NCBI GenBank assembly: GCA_018656065.1
Contig: JABHZY010000024.1
Span: forward strand, 75,980 to 139,979
Length of the DNA: 64,000 nucleotides
Source: Candidatus Komeilibacteria bacterium
Lineage (GTDB): Bacteria > Patescibacteriota > Patescibacteriia > UBA1558 > GWA2-36-10
Direction of reading: 5' to 3'
Part shown: in pieces, positions 38,344-47,420 of the stretch
Layout of the letters: every line of letters begins with the position of its first letter
Position numbering within the stretch: position 1 is the stretch's first letter
The notes under the pieces: model-generated
Databases searched by the model: none
Told to the model about the DNA's origin: nothing
What the model saw: the letters and a program-made list of their open reading frames with translations, nothing else
Program-made: the position numbers and the translations under genes

Positions 38344-38877
38344 TTATATTAACTTTTTATAAATATTATGATTCAAATCGTCAAAAACAACAAAAATTAT
38401 TTCATCAAATGCATCTTGATATTTTTCAATATACTTATTCACTATATCCATAGCTACTTTAGCTGCCTTATCCTTAGGATAACCATACACACCTGTTGAT
38501 ATAGCTGGAAAAGCTATTGTTTTTAAATTATTTTCTCTAGCTAAATCTAAACTTCCTTCGTAACAACTAATCAATAAACCCTTTGGATCATCATCTGAGG
38601 CATAAATTGGTCCTACAACGTGTATTATATGTTTAGCCGGAAGATTATAACCTTTTGTTATTTTAGCACCTCCTACATGACAACCACCTAACCTAGCGCA
38701 TTCTTCTAATAAGTCTTCCCCAGCCGCCATATGGATAGCTCCATCGACTCCTCCTCCACCTAATAGTGTTGGATTAGCTGCATTTACTATAACATCTACA
38801 TTAATAGTTGTTATATCACCTTTTTTTATTGTTATTTTAGTGTTCATAATATTAATACCAACAAATATCTTGCTCAT
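38344..38877 (-). CDS. macro domain protein (ADP-ribose binding/hydrolase, MacroD/YmdB-like)
   Basis: Motifs VDVIVNAANPTLLGGGGVDGAIH and HVVGPIY; the true start is probably ATG 38847. Confidence 0.8.
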   Translation of the reverse strand: MSKIFVGINIMNTKITIKKGDITTINVDVIVNAANPTLLGGGGVDGAIHMAAGEDLLEECARLGGCHVGGAKITKGYNLPAKHIIHVVGPIYASDDDPKGLLISCYEGSLDLARENNLKTIAFPAISTGVYGYPKDKAAKVAMDIVNKYIEKYQDAFDEIIFVVFDDLNHNIYKKLI

Positions 38878-39757
38878 TAGTAATAGCCTTTTTGTCTATA
38901 AGATATTTTATAGCCTCATCATGACTACCCAAAGTATCAATCAATCCATTATCTAGAGCCATCTGTCCTAATACTGTAGAGCCATCTGCTAATTGTGTAA
39001 CTTTATCAACTTCTAGCCCTCTGTTTTGAGCAACCTGATCAATAAAATATCTATACATAATATCTATATCTCTTTGCCACAAAGCCTTTTCTTCTTCCGT
39101 AATTATTTTGTCTGGATCTCCAGTGTCTTTGAATTTTCCAGAATTGAGTTCTATATAAGTAATGCCTTGTTCTTCGTTTTGTTTAGTATAATTTAAATGA
39201 GAAGCTGTAATACCAATACTACCAACATCTGATAAAGGTGAAGCAATTATATAATCAGCTCCTGTCGCCGCCAAATAAGCTGACGACGCAGCTCCATCTC
39301 TAATAACCACCACTGTTGGTTTTGTAGCTTTCTTAAGAGCGTTAGCTATTTCTTCTCCAGCTACAGCACTTCCCCCATATGAACTAATTTCTAGAATTAT
39401 AGCCGAAACACTACTAGACTTTTCTGCATCATTGATTGCCCAAAGAATATCATCAGCTGATGTACTAATAGACACTAGCTCTTCTGACTCATCTCCTGTT
39501 ATCATGGCATATGTAGTCAATTCTCCATTAAGCATTATACCCATAACTGAACAATAGTCTTGATAATCTTCTTCTACATATTCTTCATCATAATATCCAT
39601 AATCATCCTCATCCATCTCATCAAATAAAGATATGAGTTGATTCTCTGCATCATATTTAATTATTATAATAGATGCTGATATAAAAATTAATCCCGCTAT
39701 TACAGCAAAAAATACAGAAAGAGCTATAAAAATTCTTTTCCAATTTAGTTTTGTCAT
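38852..39757 (-). CDS. S49-family peptidase (SppA-like / phage prohead-protease-like), N-terminal TM plus acidic linker
   Basis: Crotonase/ClpP-fold S49 motifs: SYGGSAVAGEEIANAL, DGAASSAYLAATGADYIIASP, DVGSIGI. Confidence 0.65.
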   Translation of the reverse strand: MTKLNWKRIFIALSVFFAVIAGLIFISASIIIIKYDAENQLISLFDEMDEDDYGYYDEEYVEEDYQDYCSVMGIMLNGELTTYAMITGDESEELVSISTSADDILWAINDAEKSSSVSAIILEISSYGGSAVAGEEIANALKKATKPTVVVIRDGAASSAYLAATGADYIIASPLSDVGSIGITASHLNYTKQNEEQGITYIELNSGKFKDTGDPDKIITEEEKALWQRDIDIMYRYFIDQVAQNRGLEVDKVTQLADGSTVLGQMALDNGLIDTLGSHDEAIKYLIDKKAITNEQDICWY

Positions 39758-39943
39758 AATTCTATTTTTTATTTATAAAAGATTCTAAATTATCTATTTT
39801 ATACTTCTTATTAAAATCAACTATAGAAATATTATTAATAATTTTTTTGATTAAAACTTCATCAGAAGGACGAGCAGTTGTTGCAATAAAATAAATACCA
39901 ACATCTTTATCTTCCTATGCAATCTTAATGAATATTCATATAT

Positions 39944-40093
39944 CTACTTCTTGCCCGGCTTAACTTTATAAACCAGAAGTTCACGCTCCAAGCTCAAAGC
40001 GATTATTTCTTTATCTATAATCTTTATACGTTTCATGGTCTCTAAAAATTCATCAGACCTTAAACGTTTTACTTTTGTATTTATTTTTTTCAT
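39944..40093 (-). CDS. small ORF (49 aa), unknown
   Basis: The ORF runs from ATG at 40093 to TAG at 39944 (MKKINTKVKRLRSDEFLE...). It lies between the REC and S49 peptidase genes and is below the track threshold. Confidence 0.2.
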   Translation of the reverse strand: MKKINTKVKRLRSDEFLETMKRIKIIDKEIIALSLERELLVYKVKPGKK

Positions 40094-40094
40094 A

Positions 40095-40508
40095 TTATCC
40101 AAATTTAGGTTTATAGTTTATTGGGTCTTCAAAGTATTCTTTTATTTTAGCTATAAATTCTGACGGTATATGATTAGCTGTTACAAAATAATCAGTAACT
40201 CCTAATTCTTTACCTTTAATTATATCTTCTTCCTGTGATAGATTTGTCAGCATGAAGATTGGAATATTTTTAGTTCTCTTATCTTTCATTAATATTTTTG
40301 TAGCCTTATATCCATCCATTACTGGCATGATAATGTCCATAATTATTAAATCAGGATTAATTTCTAAAATGTATTTTACAAATTTATCAGCTTTATCTGT
40401 CTCTGGATGTTCCTTCCAAATATGTTCAAAATTATTCTGTTTAAATTTTACTTGATACATCTTACCTAAAAAAGTGTCATCATCAAATTGTAAAATTTTC
40501 TTTACCAT
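40095..40508 (-). CDS. receiver-only response regulator (REC domain)
   Basis: Acidic pocket FDDD, phospho-acceptor-like IMDIIMP, MLTN; 137 aa, no output domain. Confidence 0.65.
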   Translation of the reverse strand: MVKKILQFDDDTFLGKMYQVKFKQNNFEHIWKEHPETDKADKFVKYILEINPDLIIMDIIMPVMDGYKATKILMKDKRTKNIPIFMLTNLSQEEDIIKGKELGVTDYFVTANHIPSEFIAKIKEYFEDPINYKPKFG

Positions 40509-40525
40509 AATATTATCATAAAAAA

Positions 40526-40894
40526 TTAGTATTTTTTAAATATATTTCTTAATAACACTGGTATTTTATTAAGTGGCCAGAAAATGACAAATCTTGGATA
40601 TGGTCTAATTATTAAATATATAACTAAGCTAATAATAAAAATAATAAACCACCCCCAGGCTGCACCTTCTTCATCACTACAATATCTTGAACAAGAATTG
40701 TAAGAAGTAATAAAAATAAAAGCTAAAAATAATGATAAATAAACAAATAACCCCAATACTGCCTGAAACTTAATTTTATGTTTTTTAACTTTTTTTCGTT
40801 CTGACGTGGATTTTTGGGCAAAAACCCCTTCTCCACAGTACCCGCAAAATGAACTAGTGTGAGCTATATTTTTATTGCATTTAGAACATTTCAT
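40526..40894 (-). CDS. zinc-ribbon membrane protein (paralog 3)
   Basis: N-terminal CSKC-x13-CGYCG, then 2 TM helices. Confidence 0.45.
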   Translation of the reverse strand: MKCSKCNKNIAHTSSFCGYCGEGVFAQKSTSERKKVKKHKIKFQAVLGLFVYLSLFLAFIFITSYNSCSRYCSDEEGAAWGWFIIFIISLVIYLIIRPYPRFVIFWPLNKIPVLLRNIFKKY

Positions 40895-40897
40895 ATA

Positions 40898-41422
40898 TTA
40901 ACTTTTTATAAATGTATTTTTTGCTCTTTTTGATTTCCATAGATACAAAGACCATACAATGGTGTACAAAACTTGTTTTATTGTATCTTCTCCGTATTCT
41001 CCGTCATAAATAAAAATCATGATCAAAAGAACACTACCTATAACGTTTATAATTAAAAACCATTTCTTAAAAGACTTTTTCTTTTTGACCATCAAATAAA
41101 TTAACCACGCAGAAGCAATGATAGCTACAGTACTACCACCTAAAGAATATGCATCAAAACCAAAAGCATCTAGCTCTGTAAAATAATAAAACACCTCAAT
41201 AATTGGACTAATAAAAACTCCAAATGCTAAAAGAGCTAACCAGCCACCAAACCCTTCTTGTTTGTTTTTTTCTTCATTAATAGATTTTATTTGTTCGATG
41301 TGTGATTCAGTTTTTTTAACACCACACTTACCACAAAATTCATGATCTTCTACAATATTATTGCCACATTTATGACATAACATAGATTTTATATTAATAA
41401 TTATTAAATGTATTTTTACCAA
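40898..41422 (-). CDS. zinc-ribbon membrane protein (paralog 2; likely start ATG 41383)
   Basis: CHKC-x11-CGKCG, then 3 TM helices. Confidence 0.45.
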   Translation of the reverse strand: MVKIHLIIINIKSMLCHKCGNNIVEDHEFCGKCGVKKTESHIEQIKSINEEKNKQEGFGGWLALLAFGVFISPIIEVFYYFTELDAFGFDAYSLGGSTVAIIASAWLIYLMVKKKKSFKKWFLIINVIGSVLLIMIFIYDGEYGEDTIKQVLYTIVWSLYLWKSKRAKNTFIKS

Positions 41423-42164
41423 CGGTATCTATATCAATATTCCCATTATAACTAGTTTCTAACTCTAACTCCCAAATAGTATATTCGGAACTTGTTGTGT
41501 CGAAATCAAACGTACCATCAAATTCAAAAAAACTTGGTTTTAAAGTAAATTCTTTTGAATAAGAATCCCAATCATTTCCCTGAGTTGCAATGACTTTATA
41601 GTTACCATCAGATATACCTGTGACTGTAAAAATATTATTTTTTTTAACATAAAAAGTAATAATTGACTTGTTAGTTCTCGTACTAACAAGTTTTATTACA
41701 GCGTCCTCATTAGTTCCATTATCTATAGTTAGCTCTCCCTCGCCACTTAAATAATAGCTAACAGAATCAATTGTAAAACCATTAGTTAAAGATCTAATAT
41801 TGGCAGGTGGTTTTACATAAGTAGGAGTATTTACATTTTTATTATTCTCAGATACATAATTACTATCTGAATCATTAGATGCCGCTATAATAATAATGAC
41901 TATTACTATAACTAGTATTATGAAAAATTTAGAATATCTCATTATCCAATCTTTAAATTCTCCTGAGGGTTTATTATCTGTTGTCTTTTTGGCTTTATAA
42001 ACACTAGATTCATTTTGTGCCAAGCTAGTATCTACTGGTGAGCCACAGTCTGTACAAAAACTAGAATTAGCTTCTATAAGTTTACTACAATTATTGCAGT
42101 ATTTTGTCACTTCTACATCATCATTTGTGGATAGAAAATCAGTTTTTAAATCTAATTTTTTCAT
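41394..42164 (-). CDS. zinc-ribbon membrane protein with extracytoplasmic domain (paralog 1)
   Basis: CNNC-x11-CTDCG, 1 TM, about 150-aa C-terminal beta-rich domain. Confidence 0.45.
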   Translation of the reverse strand: MKKLDLKTDFLSTNDDVEVTKYCNNCSKLIEANSSFCTDCGSPVDTSLAQNESSVYKAKKTTDNKPSGEFKDWIMRYSKFFIILVIVIVIIIIAASNDSDSNYVSENNKNVNTPTYVKPPANIRSLTNGFTIDSVSYYLSGEGELTIDNGTNEDAVIKLVSTRTNKSIITFYVKKNNIFTVTGISDGNYKVIATQGNDWDSYSKEFTLKPSFFEFDGTFDFDTTSSEYTIWELELETSYNGNIDIDTVGKNTFNNY

Positions 42165-42179
42165 AATTTTATAATTATT

Positions 42180-43259
42180 TTACCATCTCTCTAAATGAGC
42201 TAATGACTCATATCGATTAATTTCATTAATATCAATTGGATTATAGCGTTTTATGTCATCTTCAATCATTTTTTGATCTATATATGGCTTATCATCATTC
42301 GCTGCACTTCGAGAAACATTTTCAAGTATACCCTCTATAATATCTGAACTAGCATAATTTTCAGTTAAATTAGCTAATGTATCAAAGTTAATTTTTTTAC
42401 TTGTTGGTCTGCCAGATAAACCTATTTTAAATAATTCTTTTCTTGCTTCAAAATCAGGTGGTGATACATATATTCTTTTGTCCATTCTACCAGAACGTAA
42501 TATTGCCATATCAATTCTATCTGGATAATTTGTTGCAGCTACAACTAAAATTTTGTTATCACTTGCGTCATTTAATTGCATGAGAAACTCATTAATTTCT
42601 TCTTCTTTATGAGATGAGGAATCCTGTAAACCATCTCTTTTGGGGACCAATCCGCTAATCTCATCAAGAAAAATAATTGCTGGGGCATTCATTTTTGCCA
42701 TTTCAAATACTTTACCAATATTACTAACTGAACCATGAATAAAAGGCGTCGCAAGATCAGAATGTTTTATTTCATAATATTTATACTTTAGTTCTTCGGC
42801 TAATTTCCTAACTATAAATGTTTTACCGCAGCCGGGTGGTCCATATAGTAAAACTCCATTAGGAATTGACACTTTAAATTTTTTAAAACGTTCTGGTTGT
42901 AAAAGCGGGTTAATAACGTCTTTTAACAATAATTCTTTAAGTTTTCTCATCCCAGCCACACTTTGAAAGCCTTTTAATATAGTTAAGTCTTCTATAACGG
43001 ATGTTATTTTTTCATTAGAATGTTCCTTAACAATTAATCCGAGATAACTTTTATCACCATATTTTATTTTCAATAAATCTTTTTTTCTACTTTCATTAAC
43101 TATATCTTCATGAATTAAATTCGTAAATAAATATAAAAAATCATCATCTGATAATTCGTATATTTCTGTAAAATAAAGTTTTTCTATTCTACGAACCACA
43201 AGAACATCTTTCTTTATTTTAAACCCATTATGTAGTGTTGGTTTATTTTGTATAGTCAT
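42180..43259 (-). CDS. classic-clade AAA+ ATPase with unknown N-domain
   Basis: Walker A GPPGCGKT, Walker B IIFLDEISGL, second region of homology ATNYPDRIDMAILRSGRMDKRIYV. Confidence 0.8.
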   Translation of the reverse strand: MTIQNKPTLHNGFKIKKDVLVVRRIEKLYFTEIYELSDDDFLYLFTNLIHEDIVNESRKKDLLKIKYGDKSYLGLIVKEHSNEKITSVIEDLTILKGFQSVAGMRKLKELLLKDVINPLLQPERFKKFKVSIPNGVLLYGPPGCGKTFIVRKLAEELKYKYYEIKHSDLATPFIHGSVSNIGKVFEMAKMNAPAIIFLDEISGLVPKRDGLQDSSSHKEEEINEFLMQLNDASDNKILVVAATNYPDRIDMAILRSGRMDKRIYVSPPDFEARKELFKIGLSGRPTSKKINFDTLANLTENYASSDIIEGILENVSRSAANDDKPYIDQKMIEDDIKRYNPIDINEINRYESLAHLERW

Positions 43260-43261
43260 AA

Positions 43262-44914
43262 TTATGCTTTATTTACTATTCTAGACTTATATACCCATGC
43301 AGCTATCCAAAAAATGAACCCCACACCATAGAACCATACTGTAAGCCATCCTAAGATATATAATATATTATGAACATGCATTTTTTTACTTATGTTACTA
43401 AGTTTATGTGTTAATCCAGAATATAAAACGCAATCAAAAAGTACTGTCACTATATTTCGTTCATATGTGTCTCCTAACTTATTTTGTATAGCAGTTAACA
43501 TATCTCTTCGCATTTCATCCAATTGACTTAAATTATCAATATTTGCATCTTTTATTGTTTGAACTACACTATTTAAAACCTTATCAATTGCTTCTTTATC
43601 AAGTTCAAATAAATCAAAATTATCATATATTAATTGATACATTTCATCAAACATTGGCAATGCACTTTCTTTGTTGATTGACCACTGCTCTACCGTTTCT
43701 TCATACATTTTCATTATATATAATATAAGAGCCATTTTTTTCTGCTCCTGAAGTTGTTGGATTCTTTTTACGTTTTTTGGTTTTTTGGTTTTTTCATCAG
43801 CTAAATATTCATCAGCTTTTTGCATTGCTTCTTGATATTTTTTCTCTTCAAATAAATCTAATAACGGTTTTAATTCTTTTGCATCTTTTTCTACATCCTT
43901 AAGTGTTTTTTTATCTTGTTTAAGCTTATTAGTTAAACTATCGGTACCTGCTATTTCTTCAGCTACATTAATTAAAGAAATAGATATATCGGTTTCACTT
44001 AAATTATTGTGTAAATCAAGAACAATTAATCTTAAAGCATTTGCTACACGATCTCTTAATGATTTAACTTTCGTATCATCATATAGACCTATGTCTATCA
44101 ATTTATTAAGTTCGCCTTGTATTACTTCTATAGATTGTTGAATTTCTTTTTTTTCTTCGTCATCGAAAATACCATCTTCACTAACATTAAGACCCTCGAG
44201 TTTTGAAACATGTTCGGATAAAATATTAACAGTGGGGTTAATATATTCTTTTTCAACGTTAGAACCATGAGTATCAAATAATTCATTGAAATGTAATATG
44301 ATACTTGGGTCATTATGTTTTTTAGCAAGATCACTAAAAATATCTGCTAATAATTTTGTAGCCTGTTCTTGTAATTCTTTATATAAAGTATTATCTACTC
44401 CTAAATCATCATGAAGATCATATACCTTTTTAAAACTGTTCCAAAATTTATCAGATTCGATAATCTCTTTCCATAAAATTAAAACTCTATCTAGATATAA
44501 TTTATTCACATTAGTTTCTAAAAAAGATATCAATAAAATTGCTAAATTTTTTCTATACCCATATGATTTAATTGTATTACCAATAGCTTTATCATCCCAA
44601 ACACGAATAGCATCTTCTATATTATTAGATTTCAATAGCCCAACTGCTTGTTCATCTAAATTGTCTCGTATCTCAAACCAAAAAAAGTATTCAAAAATTT
44701 TCTTTCTTGGTAAAGCCAAGCGCTCAGCTGCTTTTTTTACTTCAAGTTCATTTTTACGTAATGGAACTTCATTTATATCTAAATCATAAGTGGGAATATC
44801 ATCAATTTTGTTACGCGCTATAATCTCTCTTAATCTTTTAGCTATATCACTTGTTGTAGCAGTAGTATCTAAACCAAGAGTCCGATAAGCGTTGTTAGAT
44901 ATGTAGTTACTCAT
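43262..44914 (-). CDS. J-domain-like co-chaperone candidate with C-terminal membrane anchor (no canonical HPD)
   Basis: N-terminal AYRTLGLDTTATTSDIAKRLREI resembles J-domain helix II. Long helical middle. C-terminal TM helices. Start/stop abut the Hsp70 and AAA genes. Confidence 0.4.
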   Translation of the reverse strand: MSNYISNNAYRTLGLDTTATTSDIAKRLREIIARNKIDDIPTYDLDINEVPLRKNELEVKKAAERLALPRKKIFEYFFWFEIRDNLDEQAVGLLKSNNIEDAIRVWDDKAIGNTIKSYGYRKNLAILLISFLETNVNKLYLDRVLILWKEIIESDKFWNSFKKVYDLHDDLGVDNTLYKELQEQATKLLADIFSDLAKKHNDPSIILHFNELFDTHGSNVEKEYINPTVNILSEHVSKLEGLNVSEDGIFDDEEKKEIQQSIEVIQGELNKLIDIGLYDDTKVKSLRDRVANALRLIVLDLHNNLSETDISISLINVAEEIAGTDSLTNKLKQDKKTLKDVEKDAKELKPLLDLFEEKKYQEAMQKADEYLADEKTKKPKNVKRIQQLQEQKKMALILYIMKMYEETVEQWSINKESALPMFDEMYQLIYDNFDLFELDKEAIDKVLNSVVQTIKDANIDNLSQLDEMRRDMLTAIQNKLGDTYERNIVTVLFDCVLYSGLTHKLSNISKKMHVHNILYILGWLTVWFYGVGFIFWIAAWVYKSRIVNKA

Positions 44915-44915
44915 A

Positions 44916-47417
44916 TTAATTTGTTATACCTGATAAATTATCCCCTAAAATTTCCTGCTCTTCTTTAGGTAATAAAGACATTAAGCCTCGTACACTTTCT
45001 TGTAAACCATCTTCATCACCATTTTCTATGGCAGCTTTCCCTTTATTAATATAATATTTTGCCTCATCATCATTAGTAAAATTATAACCACCCTCTGTTA
45101 ATCTCTCATATTGAGCAGCCCAAAAAGCCGGATTTTCAATCATTATAGACATACCAAGATCTGTTATTTGTTCATTGATTCTCAAAAGTAGCTCTTTATC
45201 ATTTTTTTCAATAGCTGTCTCACCTTCTTTTTTTAATATATTAAACTGTTCTTGTTTTTCAATTTTTTTATCTTCTTTTAGTAAAACAACAATAAATTTC
45301 TGAGTATCTTCACAGCTGCTTTTAAATTTTTTAATTAAAACTGAAATCTCTGAATCTTTTTCAATGCGCGCTAATTCATTTTGTAATTCACGTAGTTCTT
45401 TTTGCGCCTTTCTTCCATCATCTTGGTCAGTCGAAGCATTTTTTATATTGTTTGATATGGAAGATAACTTTTCCTGAAATGATTTACGTTCTGAGGTTGA
45501 ACTAACATTTGATAAATCGCTTACTTGTTTTCTAGCTGTCTCAGTTTCTTCAATAAGCTTCTGTTTATCTATATCTTTTGCAAAAATTGAACCTCTTGCA
45601 TTAAACGATTTATCTATTTGTTCAATATACGCATAAACAGAAACCTGTCGGGATTCATCAACTTCAATAGTTAATTCAATTGGCGTACTAGCTGGTAAAT
45701 CCTTTGGAATATCACTACCCTTAATTAATAAGTTACAAACTTCCATATTTTTATGTGGATCATCAGACTCTCCTTCTTTAATCCAAATTGGAAGTTCAAC
45801 GTCCTGTCCTTTTTCCAATTTTTTAATTGTTTTATATGTAGTTGGCTCTGATTTTAATGGTAATATACTCCCACGATCAAATATTGGTACAAATTTATTT
45901 TTATAACTAAAATTATTAGCACTATCACGTTGAGCTATAACTATACCTATTGTGTGTGCAATTGGAGCATTTGATACTGAAAGTCCATGAGTAATTGAAA
46001 ATGAATCAGGATCTATTGTTATTGGTTTATTTTTATCATTAAACAAATATAAATAATACACATTTTGTTTGTTTGTTTCTAATGGTAAAGTATCATAAAA
46101 TTTTCCATTCTTAAGTTTAATTTTCTGACTACTATAATGCCCACTATCACTCTGTATTTGGAGAGAATAAGCCTCTTCAATACCATCAAGTTCTTTAATA
46201 ATTCCCGATATTGCAGTTTCAGTTTCAGATGTCAATGTATCATAATTAAGATCTATAGATAATATATTGTTTTTTAACTTTTTTTTATGCTTACGAATAT
46301 TATCTGGTATTTTTTGACTAGTAGAAAAAATACTAGCGCCTCTAGCTATAGATGTTAAAGGATCTGAGGTAGTATCAACATCAATTTTTAAATCATATTC
46401 TAATCGTTGACGAATATAAGGCACTAATGTTGATCCCCCAACAAGAACTATCTTGGATATGGCTGATTTTTTTATACTAGATGATTTTATTACTTTATTA
46501 GTAAGTTCAATTGTTTTATCAATTTTTATTTTTATTAATTTTTCAAATTCTTTTCTAGTAAAAATAAATGAAAAATTTATTTCATTCCCATTGTCATCCA
46601 TACCAATATCACTAATTTCAATCGTAGCTTTTTCATATTGTGATAAATACACTTTAGATTGTTCAGCCATGTACTTAAGTTTGGCAAATATGGTTTTAAT
46701 ACTAGAATCAGAATTTGACCGATCAATATTAGCAACAGAATATTTTTCTTGAATTTTAGGAATAATTATTTGATCAACTATAATGTTGTCAAAATCTTTA
46801 CCTCCTAAAAAATTATCCCCTTGATGCTCAAGCACACTAAGAGTTCCACCTTTTGAAGATATAAGAGCTATATCAAAAGTTCCGCCTCCTAAATCGTATA
46901 CTAACCAGTTTTCATCTTTAGATTTCATGAAGCCATATGAAATAGCTGCTGCTATAGGTTCTTGTAATAAAACTACATAGTCAAATCCAGCTAAATTACC
47001 AGCTCTTTTTGTGGCCTCTGATTGAAGAATTGAGAAATGTGCAGGCACAGTTATAACTACTGCTGAAGTATCAAAATCAGGATATTTACGTAATATATCT
47101 TCTTTTAAATTTTTTATAATCTCTGCTGATATTTCTTCTGCTAATAAGCCCTTTTTTAATCTAGGAAAAACCACTTTTTCAGCACTACCCATTAATCTTT
47201 TAATCTCTGCTTTATAATTTTCTACGTCTTCACGTAATGATTCCTTTGCCGTTTTACCAACAATTATATTACCTGATTTATCAACGCCAACTACGGAATG
47301 TGTATATTCGTCATTAAATATGTTTTTTACAATTTCTACATTTCCTCCTATATTTACTGCTACTTCGGAATTTGTAGTGCCTAAATCAATACCAATTTGT
47401 ATGTTTTGTGTATTCAT
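44916..47417 (-). CDS. Hsp70-family ATPase (DnaK/HscC-like) with extended C-terminal region, 833 aa
   Basis: IGIDLGTTNSEVAV, VYDLGGGTFDIALI, LVGGSTLVPYIRQ actin-fold/Hsp70 motifs. The rest is beta-rich then coiled coil. Confidence 0.85.
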   Translation of the reverse strand: MNTQNIQIGIDLGTTNSEVAVNIGGNVEIVKNIFNDEYTHSVVGVDKSGNIIVGKTAKESLREDVENYKAEIKRLMGSAEKVVFPRLKKGLLAEEISAEIIKNLKEDILRKYPDFDTSAVVITVPAHFSILQSEATKRAGNLAGFDYVVLLQEPIAAAISYGFMKSKDENWLVYDLGGGTFDIALISSKGGTLSVLEHQGDNFLGGKDFDNIIVDQIIIPKIQEKYSVANIDRSNSDSSIKTIFAKLKYMAEQSKVYLSQYEKATIEISDIGMDDNGNEINFSFIFTRKEFEKLIKIKIDKTIELTNKVIKSSSIKKSAISKIVLVGGSTLVPYIRQRLEYDLKIDVDTTSDPLTSIARGASIFSTSQKIPDNIRKHKKKLKNNILSIDLNYDTLTSETETAISGIIKELDGIEEAYSLQIQSDSGHYSSQKIKLKNGKFYDTLPLETNKQNVYYLYLFNDKNKPITIDPDSFSITHGLSVSNAPIAHTIGIVIAQRDSANNFSYKNKFVPIFDRGSILPLKSEPTTYKTIKKLEKGQDVELPIWIKEGESDDPHKNMEVCNLLIKGSDIPKDLPASTPIELTIEVDESRQVSVYAYIEQIDKSFNARGSIFAKDIDKQKLIEETETARKQVSDLSNVSSTSERKSFQEKLSSISNNIKNASTDQDDGRKAQKELRELQNELARIEKDSEISVLIKKFKSSCEDTQKFIVVLLKEDKKIEKQEQFNILKKEGETAIEKNDKELLLRINEQITDLGMSIMIENPAFWAAQYERLTEGGYNFTNDDEAKYYINKGKAAIENGDEDGLQESVRGLMSLLPKEEQEILGDNLSGITN

Positions 47418-47420
47418 AAT

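Noticed and set aside
38852-39757. Calling the S49 peptidase a phage prohead protease and thereby inferring a capsid module
   Set aside because: The N-terminal TM anchor and acidic linker fit membrane SppA better. No adjacent portal, scaffold or capsid genes support a head-assembly role.
40252-40455. ORF 40252-40455 (+)
   Set aside because: Short antisense ORF inside a longer, better-supported minus-strand gene.
44128-44334. ORF 44128-44334 (-)
   Set aside because: Short out-of-frame ORF inside a longer, better-supported minus-strand gene.
46453-46752. ORF 46453-46752 (+)
   Set aside because: Short antisense ORF inside a longer, better-supported minus-strand gene.
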